The notes under the pieces are model-generated. The model was not told where the DNA came from, made no database searches, and was given only the letters and a program-made list of their open reading frames with translations. 64,000 nucleotides of DNA from Rhina ancylostomus. Lineage: Eukaryota. The DNA lies in contig JARFYF010000001.1 of NCBI GenBank assembly GCA_030265395.1, positions 101,261,427 to 101,325,426 on the forward strand, written 5' to 3'. This document shows positions 1 to 13,900 of the stretch, piece by piece (positions within the stretch are counted from its first letter, which is position 1; each line of letters begins with the position of its first letter). Both the position numbers and the translations under genes were made by a program.

Positions 1-270
1 TCTGGGAGGCTGGAGTTAATGTGTGCCATGACCAGCCTCTCAAAGCACTTCATGATGGTGGATGTCAGAGCCACTGGGTGGTACTCATTACAGCATGTTA
101 CCTTGTTTTGCTTAGGTACCGGAATGATAGTGGTCTTATTGAAGCAGGGAGAGGTTAAAAATGTCTGCAAATATCCCCACCAGCTGATCTGCACAGGATC
201 TAAGGACATGGCACCATCCGGGCTAGATGCTTTCCATGGGTTCACTATCCAGAAGATTGATCACATGCAT
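1..270 (-). mobile_element. Rex1/Babar-type LINE, reverse transcriptase fragment
   Basis: Minus strand reads VPKQNKVTCCNEYHPVALTSTIMKCFERLVMAHINSSLP, typical of Rex1/Babar RT; boundaries approximate. Confidence 0.8.
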
Positions 271-459
271 TGGAGGCTGTCGGGGTGGGTGGTGACATAC
301 CAATGCCAGTTAACATTGACAAAGAGTTGCACATTGAAGTTTAATTCATATGTGTGTCTGTTTTAAAGGTTGCAATGCATTGCCAAGCCAGGTGTTGCAG
401 GTAAATCTGTTTGAGGAGATGAATTGCACTGGTTTAGACCAACTGTTTCCCTCTCGGAT

Positions 460-610
460 ACAACAAGACTGCAGATACTGGAATCTGGAGCAACAAACAA
501 TCTGCTGGAGGAACTCAGCGAGATGCAAGGTTTTGACCTGAAGTGTCGACAATCCCTTTCCTCCTAAGCAATCTGCCCACTGAGTCCCTCCAGCAGATTG
601 TTTGATTCCT
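460..610. repeat. Penelope-derived terminal repeat pair forming an inverted repeat
   Basis: caaacaatctgctggaggaactcagcg (about 494-520) is the reverse complement of cactgagtccctccagcagattgtttg (about 578-604) with 2 mismatches. Confidence 0.75.
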
Positions 611-2689
611 CTAAGCTCTAGCTCTAATCTACTATGGACTAATTGGCCTGGTTGCCCTTTGATTACCATTTGGTCTCGACATCTGAGCAGCACTGGCAAA
701 GGTGCATTTACTCTTAAACCCAAGTTGCTTTACAAAGTTAGTGCAGGACCTTCTGCAGTTGCTTTTGCAACTCCTTTAGGCCACTTCAGAAAGTTTATTA
801 ACATAAAATCATTCCATTTTCTGGTGCCAGATCACAAATTACATCATTTATTGAAAACAATATGATATCTTCCCATGTTATAATTTGGATTTTTGACCTC
901 TGAATGATATCGGTGAATTGCGTGCAAAGAATTGGATCAATGTGATCCTAGCCCGCAACAAAGAAAAAAGCCTCATGTTGGCACTAAAGTGGCAGTTTTG
1001 GTCTGAGAAGCCTGAAGTTAGCTGATATTGAAAATGAAGAAGTTCACACAGCTTCACTAAGGGACTTGTGAGATTTGGAGTAGTGTGCAATAGTCTGCAT
1101 GAATCTGTTGATCTGTGTTTCATATGTTCAAAGATGAACATGTACTATGTGTTTTCTTTAGTTCAAACTAAATGTTTTAAGTTCTCTGCAATTGAGACTC
1201 AGACTTATGGGATGAAACTCCTGTCTGCTAACTGAATAAAGTGATAACTGCTCTCAACCTCGTTCTGCTACATGCAAGACCACAGAAAAGTACTGAACCA
1301 TGTTCAACACTAACTACTAATCTATTCAAAGTAGCAATGCAAGCACTTAGCAAGGGAATAGGAAGATTTGCAATGTAGCTGCAAGGAACGTTGCACTGAG
1401 TCTAGGACTTTTAAGAGCACAGTGTTGCCACAGTGAAGGAGTTTGGTTCAGTGGCTGCTTAATATTTCTGTCCCGATGCAGGTTGTTTTGGACCCTAGGC
1501 TGATTGGCTCAGAGAGAAAAATAAGTGATCTTTTCCCAGGCTTATTGTAAATCTGCTGCAAAATGCACAAAGTGATTTTTTTTTTGTTTGCTGTATGGCT
1601 ATAATGTGCCAAGTTTTTCAATTTATGATATAGTTCTTCATCAGAAAATTAAGGTAAATTTTGCAGACATAAACTCAAGAATCTTTATCAGAATAACTCA
1701 TTATTGGCACCATTTGTTTGAGCTGGATTTCAATCCTCATTCAAAGATGAAGTGAATCTTTGAGCTGTTTATTCCACCAAATCACGTGGCATATCATGGG
1801 CTGGTTTGTCAAATCATATTGGCGGCTCTCAACTTAGAATGTGTTTTGCAGGCTTTGCCATCCTATCCAAGTTCACATGCCTGCTCTGTCCACAATGACT
1901 GGAGTTCCTCTGGGATGTGAGAACTCTATGTGTGTTTGCAACTGACTTCATCAGAGCTGTTGAGAGAAATCTGAAATGATGGATTCTTATGAACCATGAA
2001 ATTTGATTTTTTTTGGTAACAAATAATATGTTTCTCCTCTAGACAGTCTGTTCAGCAGTAAAGTAATTCAAATAGAAAGCATTTCTAGAATTTTACCATC
2101 CTGGTTCCCTCATGAATTGCATACTTTAAAATCTTCTTTTCTAAAGAAACTGACCAATGCTGGGGTGTAGATCCACAGGTATTCACTGATTTATTTGCCA
2201 ATTAAGGTGAAATAACTGGCATAATTGTCTCAGGGAATATCATAATTTGATCCTATGCAAACAAGCTGTACAACAGCTAGAGTGCTAATTACAGATAAGA
2301 AGCAAGTCTCTCTTAAAACTAACCCAGGGACAAACCGAGCAATTGTAGTATCTTGATTAGTAACCAGACCGAGACCAGTAAACTCATCACCCGAATTGAA
2401 CTTGTGTGACAATTTCCAACAATACAATGTATTTACTCGTGAAGCTGACATCTGAACCTCTTTTTTTTAAAGTTTCCAGATGTGACTTTAAATTTCACTT
2501 GACTTTTCCAAATCGTATTAAAGATAAAATGTACTGAATCACACCAGTGGATTTAAAGGATAAGAACATAAGAAGTAGAAGCAGGAGTAGGTCATGAGGT
2601 CACTCATCCTGCTCCACTGTTCAATGAGTATACGGCCGATCTTTTACCTTGACACTGGTTTCTGTGTAACCCATATCCACAATATTAAT

Positions 2690-3270
2690 ACAAGAGTGAC
2701 CCTGAGCTTCTAGTTGACTGTCACTTTAATTCTCCATTCCCACTTCAACTCTAATCCCCATCTTCAGCTTTCCAACAAAACTCAAGGGAACAGCACTTCA
2801 TCTCTCATCTAGGCAGGTTACAATCCTCAGAACTTGACATTGAATTCAACATTTTCAGATGTTTGTATTGGCACTGGCAGCTCTGATATATGATCATTCC
2901 CCTGCAACTTTAATTCATTTTATTTTCTCTCTACGCATAGGCTGCCTGAACTGCTGGGTATTGAAAAAAATATTATCTCTCTTTTTCAGATTTCTAGCAG
3001 TAGCTCTGTTCTGCATCTCACTGTTCCAGTAATTTGTTTTTGTTCTCTTGAACTGCCCTCATTTGTCTATTAAATAACATTGTGTCACCTGGCAAATCTT
3101 GTTCGGCACGCTATCTTGGACATTCCCTTTATTTTCTCTGCAGCTTGAAACACACCTGCTTCTCATGTTCCCAGCTGTGGTGAAGGATCATTTGCCTGAA
3201 ACATTCGTTCTCCATAGCTGCTGCTGGACCTGCTGCCTATTTCCAGTACTTTGTTTTTATTTCAAATTTC
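2690..3270 (+). mobile_element. Penelope-like element 3' fragment (GIY-YIG C-terminus) with decayed terminal repeats
   Basis: 2788-2860 reads EQHFISHLGRLQSSELDIEFNIFR, resembling the end of fish and shark PLE ORFs; followed by gctgcctga...ctgctg repeats at about 2935 and 3215. Confidence 0.65.
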
Positions 3271-4000
3271 CGATACATACCGCTTTTTTAAATTTTCACA
3301 ACTTCCACCTTTTGATTTCCAAACATATGAACACAGATATTGCTTTGTATCATCAGCAAATTTGGATTTATTACATTTGGCCTTATCATTCCCATCAATA
3401 AAATAAATTGTGAACAGTTCTCCCCGGCACTGATCCCAGCTGCACCCCATCAGTTACAGTCATTTAACCTGAAAGTATTCATATTCTGTTACCTGTCCTC
3501 TCCCTTTGGCTATATATTACCCCAATCTCATGTGCACTAATTTTGTTTAATTGCATCTTATCAAAAGCCTCAAAGTCAAATACAGTGCTTCCACTAGTTC
3601 CCCCTTATCTGGTTTGTTAGTTACAATGCCAGAAAACTATTCATCAAACATGATTTCCCTTTCATAAATCCATGTTGAGTTTGCCCAGTCATATTATTTT
3701 CTTCCAATATACTTGTTACCACTTGTAATAATAAATTCTAATATTTTCCTTATTTCTGATAAGGCTAAATGGGCTATAGTTCCCTTTTTATTCTCTTCCT
3801 CTTTTAAATAGTGGGGTTACATTTGATACCTTCCTTTCTACCTGTGGAAGCAGTTCTGGAATCTTGGAAACATCTTTTATACTATCAGATACAGATCATC
3901 AGGTCCTCAGGATTTATCATTTTCAATTCTACTAATTTTCTTTTCCAGTTTTTTTAATTAATGCTGTTTTTTTCAGCTTCTCATTATCCCCAGACGTGTA
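3270..4000 (-). mobile_element. Decayed CR1 LINE ORF2 fragment (its 3' tail is at about 2560-2680, split by the PLE)
   Basis: Minus-strand ORF 3262-3450 contains LFTIYFID...SKFADDTK (CR1 RT catalytic motif); taagaacataagaagtagaagcaggagtagg tail at 2561. Confidence 0.7.
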
Positions 4001-4894
4001 ATTCTCCACAGTTTCTACAAGATTTTTTTCATGTTCTTTGTGAAGGCAGATACAAAATGCTTTAATTACTCTACTATATCTTTATTCCCTGATATTTTCC
4101 TTGTCTTATTCTGCAAAGGGCCATATTAACCGTTGCTAATATTCTCCATNNNNNNNNNNNNNNNNNNNNNNNNNNNNNNNNNNNNNNNNNNNNNNNNNNN
4201 NNNNNNNNNNNNNNNNNNNNNNNNNNNNNNNNNNNNNNNNNNNNNNNNNATTCTCCATTTTTCACATGTATAGAGGATTTTGCAATTTGTTTCTTTCTCA
4301 CTGGCCTCCTCATTTTCTACTTCCTTCTTCCTTCTGAATTACTTAGTCTAATTTGGGAACATTTTCCAAATTCTGAAATTCTCAGTCTTGCTCTTTGGTG
4401 AAATTTGGCAGCCTTTTCCTTTGATCTAACACTACCATTAACTTGTGGTTCACTTTTCCTTTTTGGTTTCGGTGTCCTTAAAGGATAAATATTTGTTTCA
4501 TACCATGTATTAATTCTTTGAATCTTAGCCACTGCCTGTCTGCTGTCATACCATTTGTTATTTTCCCAATCTTTCGTAGCCAGCCTGAGCCTCACTTGGG
4601 GCAACATCTGTGGGTCTGCCGAGCATTTTCTGTTTTTACTTCGGGTTGCCACCATCTGCAGTTTTTTTGATTTCTTGCCTGTTAGTACATCAAATGAAGT
4701 GGATTGATTTGTATATATTTAATACCTAGGTTTCAGATTAAATGAAATAGTTTTCACTTTTAATATAAAATACAATCATCATGATCACTTTTCGCATATG
4801 GAATGCCAGTGGTGCTAATTCATTCTACAAAGNNNNNNNNNNNNNNNNNNNNNNNNNNAACATATTATCATCATAGTATATTTTGTTTTTGCAG

Positions 4895-5034
4895 GATTTT
4901 CATTTGAATAGAGTGAACTTGGAAGAAACTCCAGGAATAGAAAATTCTTCTGCAGGGGCAAGACCAAAGAAAAAAACTAAAAGAACTTATGATTTAACAG
5001 CTGCTGATAATTTTTGGCAAAGGCACAAAGGCAG
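4895..5034 (+). CDS. SCFD1: SCFD1 coding exon (first in window; about exon 11 by recalled human numbering), 140 nt, starts phase 0, ends phase 2
   Basis: ttttgcag|GAT...GGCAG|gtaata; translates DFHLNRVNLEETPGIENSSAGARPKKKTKRTYDLTAADNFWQRHKG(S), matching vertebrate SCFD1 DFHLNRVNLEE...KFWQKHKGS. Confidence 0.97.
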
Positions 5035-6073
5035 GTAATACATTTCAGGATTGTATTTTATTGATCTTTTCATGAAAAAATCCTACTGGGAATATTTGCA
5101 TTGTAAAACAAATTAGTTGTAAATAATGTATAGTGTGATGGGCATAAATAGAAATATGTAGTTGTTAATTCTTGCATTGCTTATAGTGATTTGAGAGCTT
5201 CCTGTTTTATAACAATTGGGTTGTTGGTAATATAATGCAAAACATTAGAGGTAAAGTGTTTCTGTGTTCCAGGTGATGTTGCCATGTTCTCGAACCCTTG
5301 ATTCTACCTCTTCTGTTATTGTTACTTTTGCATTTCTTTTTGCACTGCCTCAGTGTACACTACTATACCTTGCACCATTCCATTGTTTTTGTACTCATTG
5401 CTGCATTTATTATTACCATACACACTGTTTACACTGTGAACTTCAAGCAAGCAAGGATTTTCATTGCACCCTGGCATGTATGACAATAAACTAATCTGAA
5501 TCTGCTTGAATGATCATATCATCTTTAAGGAGAGATTAACTGATACATTGGGGTTTGAAGCCCACAACTTTACCAATTATCTTTTGAAAACAATAAGTAA
5601 TAGTATTATGTTTATTTGTCTTGTGTTCTTAATTTATAATCTTTTACCATTTTGAAAATTCGCAATTAACACAAGGAGCCCTTGTCGCCAAGGAATTAAT
5701 ATCCACTCTAATCCCACTTTGCATCTCTTGGTTTGTGGTGTGGGTTTTGATACATCAAGTGCTTTTTAAATGTAGTGTGGATTTTTCCCACTACCACTCT
5801 TTCAGGCAGCGAGTTCAGACCCCCATCACCCTTTTGATTATTGTCCTAGCTATTTTGTTCCTGATCTTTGGTAAAATTAGGAATAACCCTGGAGTTTGCT
5901 GTTCTTGTGATATCATTTGATATTTGCATCCTTTGGCAAACACGTTCACATTCTGGGGAGAAGTGAAAATGCATGCTGATCAACATGCTTTTCATTTAAA
6001 TTGTGATCTTGTGTATCTAATAGATATTCTTGACTGTGATTGCACTGTGAATCTCTGATCTTTTCTTCTACAG

Positions 6074-6164
6074 TCCCTTTCCAGAGGTAGCTGAATCAGT
6101 CCAACAAGAACTAGATTCTTACAGGGCTCAGGAGGATGAAGTCAAACACTTAAAGAGCATCATG
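6074..6164 (+). CDS. SCFD1: SCFD1 coding exon, 91 nt
   Basis: ttctacag|T CCC TTT...ATC ATG|gtaagg; PFPEVAESVQQELDSYRAQEDEVKHLKSIM; phase continues the previous exon. Confidence 0.97.
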
Positions 6165-6295
6165 GTAAGGAATGACACAATAAAGTGAGGAGATCAATTA
6201 ATAATAAAAATAAATAATCTATACAGATTGATGCACAGCATTCACAACCATAGTAAGGGAACTGAAGGCCAAAATTCAAAACACACAGCCCCTGA

Positions 6296-6488
6296 TTTTA
6301 AATTTAAATTTTATTTACAGTGTAGTTACAGGCCCTTCCGGCCCAACGAGTCTACGCCACCCATTTTAAGCTCCAAATTAACCTACCCGTACGTCTTTAG
6401 ATTGTGGGAGGAAACCAGAGCACCCGGAGGAAACCCACGCAGACACGGGAGAATGTACAAACTCCTTACAGACAGCGATGGGAATCGA
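6296..6488 (-). mobile_element. V-SINE (HE1-like), 5'-truncated, with CR1-type tail
   Basis: tgtgggaggaaaccagagcacccggaggaaacccacgcagacacggg is the reverse complement of the V-SINE core; (tttaaa)n tail. Confidence 0.8.
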
Positions 6489-7126
6489 TGTTAGAGAATA
6501 ACTGAGAAAAACAATATAAGGAATAGGATGAGTAATTAAATATTACATCTTTAACATAATGAAAAAATTATGTACGAGCTTGAGGTAATGGCAGGAAAAA
6601 AACTAACTAACGAAACGAAAATTAAGATAAAATGGCGTAAATCAATTCTTTTGATTGGATTATTCTACAATCTGCTTTATAGTATAATAGAAATGGAATT
6701 GTGGAAGATGAACTTGAAAAAGATATTGACAAAGAGGGCAAATAGCAGAGGAAAGTCCTCCTTAGAAGCAGAACAATTACAGTTAGATTGGAACTTTTTT
6801 GAGAGCAGGAGACAGATCTCAATTAGTTCAAAGAGACAACTGTCTTCTGATGTAAGTGAATTGTTACATTTAGGATAAAAGGTGAAGGTCGCCAACAGCA
6901 AATTTGAGTTTTACTTTACCTGTAGAAAGTTAGCTGAAATTCAGCTATTGGCTCACTGTTCTTAAATCTATAATTAAAACGACTCTCGTTTTAAGGGTTC
7001 TTCATTGGAGGCTGAACATGCCATTTCCTAAGTTTCTGTCTCTTTGACCGGTCCAAATTTGTACTGTGCTGCATTAGATACGACTTTGGAGTTCACTGCT
7101 GACCATGTTTATGACTGTTTCCACAG

Positions 7127-7200
7127 GGACTGGAAGGAGAGGATGATGGTGCTATTAGCATGCTTTCTGATAACACTGCAAAGCTTACATCTGCAGTAAG
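7127..7200 (+). CDS. SCFD1: SCFD1 coding exon, 74 nt
   Basis: ttccacag|GGA CTG...GTA AG|gtgagt; GLEGEDDGAISMLSDNTAKLTSAV(S). Confidence 0.97.
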
Positions 7201-8114
7201 GTGAGTATTGACTCGAAAAAGCATTACATTCACAAGTATGTATTTTGCAGAATTAGTATTTGCAAATAAACCAATGAAATATTATGGAGGTTATTTATTA
7301 CTAAATGTGATTAACTCAGCTCCATAGCCCCAGTGCTTAAGTTTGATGAAAAATATTGTAATATTAAACAGCAATACATCATGTTCTGGACATGCGAGCT
7401 GGCTAAAATATCTCTATTGATTTCATTTGCTCCAAAAGAAATAATGAGGATGAAGATTTTTGACCAGATTGCAACATGTTTTCCTGGAATTCTATGCTCT
7501 CAGTTATTTGCATGGCCAGTCTGAAGTTGCAGCCCCGCTGCTTCCAATGGAACATATTTGTCATATTCCAACAGAGACAAAAGAGGGATGTAGATCCAAA
7601 CAGAGAGTTCTGGACTGGCAAGAAACTTGCCATTCAGCCAAACAATCTATTATTTTTATCTGGAATGATAATATTTTTTAATTTAATGTTCTCTTACTCC
7701 CTGCTGCCTTAAATTTGTTCCCCTCTTTAGCATTGTATGGCTGCTTCTGAACTGCTTGTTCATATTGTCCAAAGATGGGGAAAAAAAAGTACATTTAGCC
7801 AGAACTATCTGGGAAATGCCAGTACTTGCACAGTCAATGCTGGCATTTGCGACCCACAAATGTCAGAAAGCTTGGGATTCCTGCAAGTCCAAATCTTACA
7901 GGCTAAGTTCCACTGGCAGTTTCTTGGTTGTGCTCCAGATTTGAATTCCTGATGGAGTCTAATGGCGAAGCATAGTCCTGCTGAATTCACCAGCCATTGT
8001 GTAGGTTCCTGTGAACCTGCACTGTTTGTGAGCCGAATCATTTGAATGAAGAAGAATGGCTGTGATTGAAAAGGGTAAGTATAAGGTAATTTACATTTTT
8101 CTATTAAATTAAGT

Positions 8115-8640
8115 ATGAACATAGAACAGTACAGCAAAGGAACAGGTTCTTTGGCCCACTATGTCTGTGCTGAATATGATGTTGAATTATTAAACAAATC
8201 TCTTCTGCCTGTACCTGATTCACATCACTCCATTCATATGCCTATCTAACAGCCTCTTAAGTACCACTGTCGTATCTGCTCCTACCACTCCCCCACCAAC
8301 AGCCCATTCTACTCTGTGCGCAGAAAAAAATTCAACTTGTCCTGCACATCTCCTTTAAACTTTCCCCCTCTCACCTTAAATTCATGTCCTCTACTACTTG
8401 ACATCTCTTCCCTGGGAAAATGATTCTGACTGTCTCCCCTATCTATGCCTCTCATAATTTTATAAACTTCTGTCAGATCTCCCTTCAGCCTCTGCCGCTC
8501 AAGGGAAAACAACCCAAGTTTGTCCAACCTCTCCTTATAGCTCTTACCCTCTAATCTAGGCAATATCTCGGTAAACGTCTTTTGTACTCTTCCCGAAACC
8601 TCCATATCCTTCCTGTAATGGGGCAACCAAAATTGCACAG
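8115..8640 (-). mobile_element. CR1 LINE, 5'-truncated 3' end
   Basis: ORF 8309-8638: QFWLPHYRKDMEVSGRVQKTFTEILPRLEGKSYKERLDKLGLFSLERQRLKGDLTEVYKIMRG; aacatagaacagtacagca tail. Confidence 0.9.
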
Positions 8641-10320
8641 AGAATTGCTTTAATGTTTTTAATTCTTTAGTAGTATTTTCAGTGAAGTTTTCACTTTTTT
8701 ATTATTTTTATATTTTAATTTTTAATAATTTTTGAATGCTTCCAAATATTGGGAATGCATATTGCATACATATATGCTACAATGCATATAGAATGCATAC
8801 TGCTACAATGCATAACCAGTCACTTGACCAGCTGACCTTGCCTGTCAACAAACCAACAAGATCCACCAAGATAATTACAGACATTTTGTGTTTGTGAGCA
8901 GCAAATGTGATAACTCACCTTTGGTAGCAATATCTGGCCCAATATCAAATTCTGGAATAAATGACCAGACACGGGTTCTGTTATGCATAATAAACAATGA
9001 TGTTCTACAAACTGTAGAATAGAGAGCAGTAAATGTTCTTCAGAATCAGATCAGTGAATAATTTTCAATTTTTCCCCAATGTGGCTGCCCCTTTCATCTG
9101 TGCCATTGCAATCAGTAGTAAAATTAAATTATTGAAATGTTGTTAGACCTGGAAGAAATTGTATCTTGGAAATATAAACTTATTTGCAAGCTAATAATAT
9201 CTAACAAGACACCTAAATACTTAAAATTACAGCAGTAAAGAGGAGGGTTGGTCAATGTTGTTTCCGTGAACTTTCAAAATTGTTTTATAAAATTTCATAC
9301 AGAGGTTACCAGCAAAGGTTAAGTTGCAACCAATTCAAAATGGCCTTCTTGTGCAAACAGGAAATCAGCTGAATGGTTAAATAGAAACAGTAGCTATCAA
9401 AGGGGTAATTCTTAAATAAGTGAGCAGTGACCAATGATGTTTCTTTCCCAGGAGTCCTAGCTTTTTACCTGCTTGCATGTAACCTGGGTTAGGGACAAAG
9501 ACGGTACATAAAGTTTGGTGATACTTGGGAGATTCAGCAAATTTGGAAAAAAATGGAACAACAAATTGCACAAAACTGTATATAGATGAAATGAGTGCAC
9601 AAGCAAATAGAGTGCACAATGCACAAAGTTGTTGTTTAAGTAACACCCTCTTGTTCTAAGAATGATTGGAGCTCACAGAATATAGTTTTTAAAGTGGAGA
9701 CTCCAACATCACCCAGACTTTATGTGCAGTGAATAGTGTGATCTGTTCCATTATTGATACTTCTCAGAAGGTGTATAAAATCAGTGAGTTTGATGAGGAT
9801 TACCAGATAAATTTTGCTGGAAAAATGAAAAATATTGGTTGCTAATGTCATAGCCTGAGTTATTCGGTGATGGTGGTTGTTCAAGAAGCCACCATTAGGT
9901 CTGGATGGAACTTTAAACTCTTGAAATAGCTCTTTGGATTGATCAATTCTACTGGATAAATCCCTCTATAATCTGGAATGAGGATTTTTAAAATGTACAT
10001 TTACTAAACATGTCTATGTAAATATACAGATTCTGCATAATTCTTCATCTAGTTTTCTCAACTGCATAGTTTAGAAAAATCAATTAGCAATTTCTTTTTT
10101 TGCTTTAATTGCTATCCTATTGCCAGTCAGAATTTTTTTAAATACAGTATTTCTGTTCATCATATGAGATGTATTCTTCAATTTCTATTTGTGTACCAGA
10201 ATTTTAACTAGATCTTTTAATCCAGCCATCTTTACCAGGAATTTTTGAGTGCTAGCCTACTATCAGAAATGTAATTTTCATTCAACTGTAAATCATATAA
10301 AACACATAAATCAGTAAATA

Positions 10321-11645
10321 GGTTTATTATTGTCACTTGTACTGAGGTACAGTGAAAAACTTGGTTTTGCATGCCATCCATACAGATCATTTCATCACGT
10401 CAGTGCATTGAGATATTATAAGGGAAAAATAATAACAAAATGCAGAATAAAATGTTATAGAGAAAGTGCAGTGCTGACTGATAATAAGGTGTAAGGCCAA
10501 TAAGGTGTGAGGTAGATTGTGAGGTCAAGAGTCTATCTTATACAAAGGGACCATGCAATAGTCTTGTAACAGCAGGATAGAAGCTGTCCTTGAGGCTGAT
10601 GGTACATGCTTTCAGGCATTTGTTTCTTCTGCCTGATGGGCGAGGGGAAAAGAGAGAATGTCTGGGGTGGGTAGGGTCTTTGATTATGTTGACTGCTTTA
10701 CCAAAGGAGTGAGAAGTGCAGACAGAGGAGGGGAGGCTGTTTTCCATGATGTGCTGAGCTGTGTCCAAAACTCTGCAGGTTTTTGCAGTCTTGGGCAGAG
10801 CATTTGCCATACCGAGCTGTGATACATCTGGATAGGATGCTTTTTATGTTGCATCAATAAAAATTGGTGAGGGTCAAAGGGGGTATGCCACATTTCTTTA
10901 GCCTCCTGAGGAAGTNNNNNNNNNNNNNNNNNNNNNNNNNNNNNNNNNNNNNNNNNNNNNNNNNNNNNNNNNNNNNNNNNNNNNNNNNNNNNNNNNNNNN
11001 NNNNNNNNNNNNNNNNNNNNNNNNNNNNNNNNNNNNNNNNNNNNNNNNNNNNNNNNNNNNNNNNNNNNNNNNNNNNNNNNNNNNNNNNNNNNNNNNNNNN
11101 NNNNNNNNNNNNNNNNNNNNNNNNNNNNNNNNNNNNNNNNNNNNNNNNNNNNNNNNNNNNNNNNNNNNNNNNNNNNNNNNNNNNNNNNNNNNNNNNNNNN
11201 NNNNNNNNNNNNNNNNNNNNNNNNNNNNNNNNNNNNNNNNNNNNNNNNNNNNNNNNNNNNNNNNNNNNNNNNNNNNNNNNNNNNNNNNNNNNNNNNNNNN
11301 NNNNNNNNNNNNNNNNNNNNNNNNNNNNNNNNNNNNNNNNNNNNNNNNNNNNNNNNNNNNNNNNNNNNNNNNNNNNNNNNNNNNNNNNNNNNNNNNNNNN
11401 NNNNNNNNNNNNNNNNNNNNNNNNNNNNNNNNNNNNNNNNNNNNNNNNNNNNNNNNNNNNNNNNNNNNNNNNNNNNNNNNNNNNNNNNNNNNNNNNNNNN
11501 NNNNNNNNNNNNNNNNNNNNNNNNNNNNNNNNNNNNNNNNNNNNNNNNNNNNNNNNNNNNNNNNNNATGGACCTGTTTTGGTGTTAGGTGAATTGCAGTG
11601 GGTTGAGGTTGCCTGCGAGGCTGGAGTTGATGTACGCCATAACCA
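10321..11645 (-). mobile_element. Rex1/Babar-type LINE spanning an assembly gap
   Basis: FLRRLKKCGIPPLTLTNFY and IIKDPTHPRHSLFSPRPSGRR on minus; 3'UTR 10321-10540 is the reverse complement of 58545-58750; RT piece resumes at 11567-11645. Confidence 0.85.
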
Positions 11646-12800
11646 AAATATAATCCACTTTATAATGAAGCAATTTGGGATCCTGAGGAATTCAACATAA
11701 TTTTGAAAAGTGCTCATCTTTGGAAGCAATCTGATTTTTTTTTCTTGCTGGAGCAGAATACGGATAAATTGTGACTGGTTTGTGAAAATTTTGATGAAGA
11801 TATCAAAAAACACAGTAACAAGATTTGTAAATAACCAGGTAATATAAATATTAATGTAAAGTCCCGTGGTAAAGGAATATAAAGCAGTAGAGGGATACAC
11901 AGCAAAAACAAATGAAAGCCACAGTGATCAAGAGACTTAATCATTTTGTATGTTTATAATATATTCAAAGCCTTATCTGGGCATACTTAATCATTGCCAG
12001 ATCTTATAACTTCATCAACAATTTATCCCCATAGCAAGTCTTGTCTCAGCCTGTCAGAAATTTTCCCTTTGTCTTATCCATCACCTCCCCCATTTAACTT
12101 CTTAAGGCAAACTTATTTTCTCTCTGTCCCAGTTCTGAACCAGGGCCCTGGACATGAATCATTAACTCTTTCTCTTTCCACAGATGCTGCCAAACCTGCT
12201 GAATGTTCCCTGCATTTTCAGCATCTGCATTTTCTGTCTCTCAAAACCATATTTGTGTTTGACTTTTTGTCAACCTTCCACCATCACAAATTTCTGTGCT
12301 AACTTTTAAAATAAAAATAGTCAATGTAAGCACAATTAAAGCTCCCCAAAGGCAGAGGTGCTAACTCCACACCCTCAACTTTTAATCCATTCTGTCCCTC
12401 TTTCTTCTAAATTGTTTAAATTTGCTATTCAACCATATTTAATATAATTAATGTTTATACTGAACATAATTTTTGAAGTTGTTTTATCTGCCCTGTTCTA
12501 TTTATTTCCTAATACCACTTCTGAATACTACGGTTTCGTCATGAGTTTTTTAAATGTAAGAAGTCTCTATTTTGCTAATTAAATTCAATCCTCTGTAAGC
12601 TCGCCATTTCCTTGCCAGCCCATTAAATCCACTGAGGGAAAAAAAAAGTGATTTTTGTACTGCCTTTCAAGCTACTGAAAAGAGTAAACTAATCTTTATC
12701 TATTCCACAAAATCAATAGTTAGGAACTGCAATTAAGCTAAATTTTATAATTCCTAGAGGGAAGATTTGCCTTTTAATTTTGTATCCATTTTCCTTAAAG

Positions 12801-12882
12801 CTCTCTCCCTGAACTGCTGCAGAAAAAGAGACTTATTGATCTTCATACAAACGTGGCAACAGCTGTCTTAGAACATATTAAG
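12801..12882 (+). CDS. SCFD1: SCFD1 coding exon, 82 nt
   Basis: ttccttaaag|C TCT CTC...ATT AAG|gtatga; SLPELLQKKRLIDLHTNVATAVLEHIK. Confidence 0.97.
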
Positions 12883-13639
12883 GTATGATATTTATTGCAA
12901 TGTGCAATTTATAGTAATTTTATCAACAAGTTCTTTATCATATAATGTCATTTTTAATTCCACCTTTGCTTGAAATGTTGCATCATTCAGTGTACATAAC
13001 CAATATGTTTACCATTTCTGAATCTCTGCATCTGAATGTAATAGAGTAGGTTTTGAATTTTACTGTATCTAAATAACCTATTTTAATGGATTTGTGATAT
13101 CCTGCAATGCATAACAATTTTATTAATGGAAACAAATATTAATAAACCATATTTTAAAATAAGGACAAATATAAGTAAGTTAAGCAGAAACTGTTGAAAA
13201 TAAATGTATGAAAAATTAGGTAACAGAGTGATTTAGAACATGGTCTGTTTGAACCCTGTTTGGAGTTTTGGTCGTTCCTTCTCCAATGGCATCAAATATG
13301 TCTAAAATAAGCCTGATTTTTTCCTAACTTACATTTTGCTTCTGTGTAATTTTGCAAGTTTGCAGTAGTGGGTCTGAATTTAGAGCTAAATTGGCGATCT
13401 CAATTCAAAAGGCGGTAAATGACTGGGTTGGGTCCACTGGCACAATAAATTAAGATTAAAAAATATATTTTTGAACAGAATACAGGGAGGTTTATCTGTA
13501 ACTAATTCATGGTACACTTGACTGTTGACACTGATTGCTACAAAAAATGCTTCAATTTTGCTTCTGATATTCCCTTATTTACAAAAGAAATTTAATATAA
13601 TTGATAAGCAATATAAATGAAATAATTGCTGCATTTCTA

Positions 13640-13900
13640 ATAAGAACATAAGAAATAGGAGCAGGAGGAGGCCAGTTATCCCTTTGAGTCAGCTCCACCA
13701 CTCAGCAAAGTCATGACTGACTCTCAGCATTACTTTCCATGTCCCATATCATTTATTCCCTTAATGCCCAGAACTCGATTGATCTCTGTTTTTGAATGAA
13801 CATAATGACTGAGCATCTACATCCATCTCAGTAGAATATTCCAGAAATTCACCACGTTCTTCATAAAGAAATTGCTCCTCAGTCCTAAAGTGAAGACAAA
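13640..13900 (-). mobile_element. Decayed CR1 LINE 3' end
   Basis: taagaacataagaaataggagcaggag tail, same family as 2561. Confidence 0.65.

Noticed and set aside
19-366. 115-aa plus-strand ORF
   Set aside because: Antisense reading of a Rex1/Babar RT fragment; no independent coding evidence
6147-6149. His in EVKHLK where human SCFD1 has Arg as recalled
   Set aside because: A single substitution with frame and splice sites intact; significance cannot be judged without an alignment
10854-11900. Long ORFs of 250-380 aa here and at 40931-41898 and 57070-58221
   Set aside because: They are open only because they run through N gaps; the real flanking residues are LINE or SINE fragments
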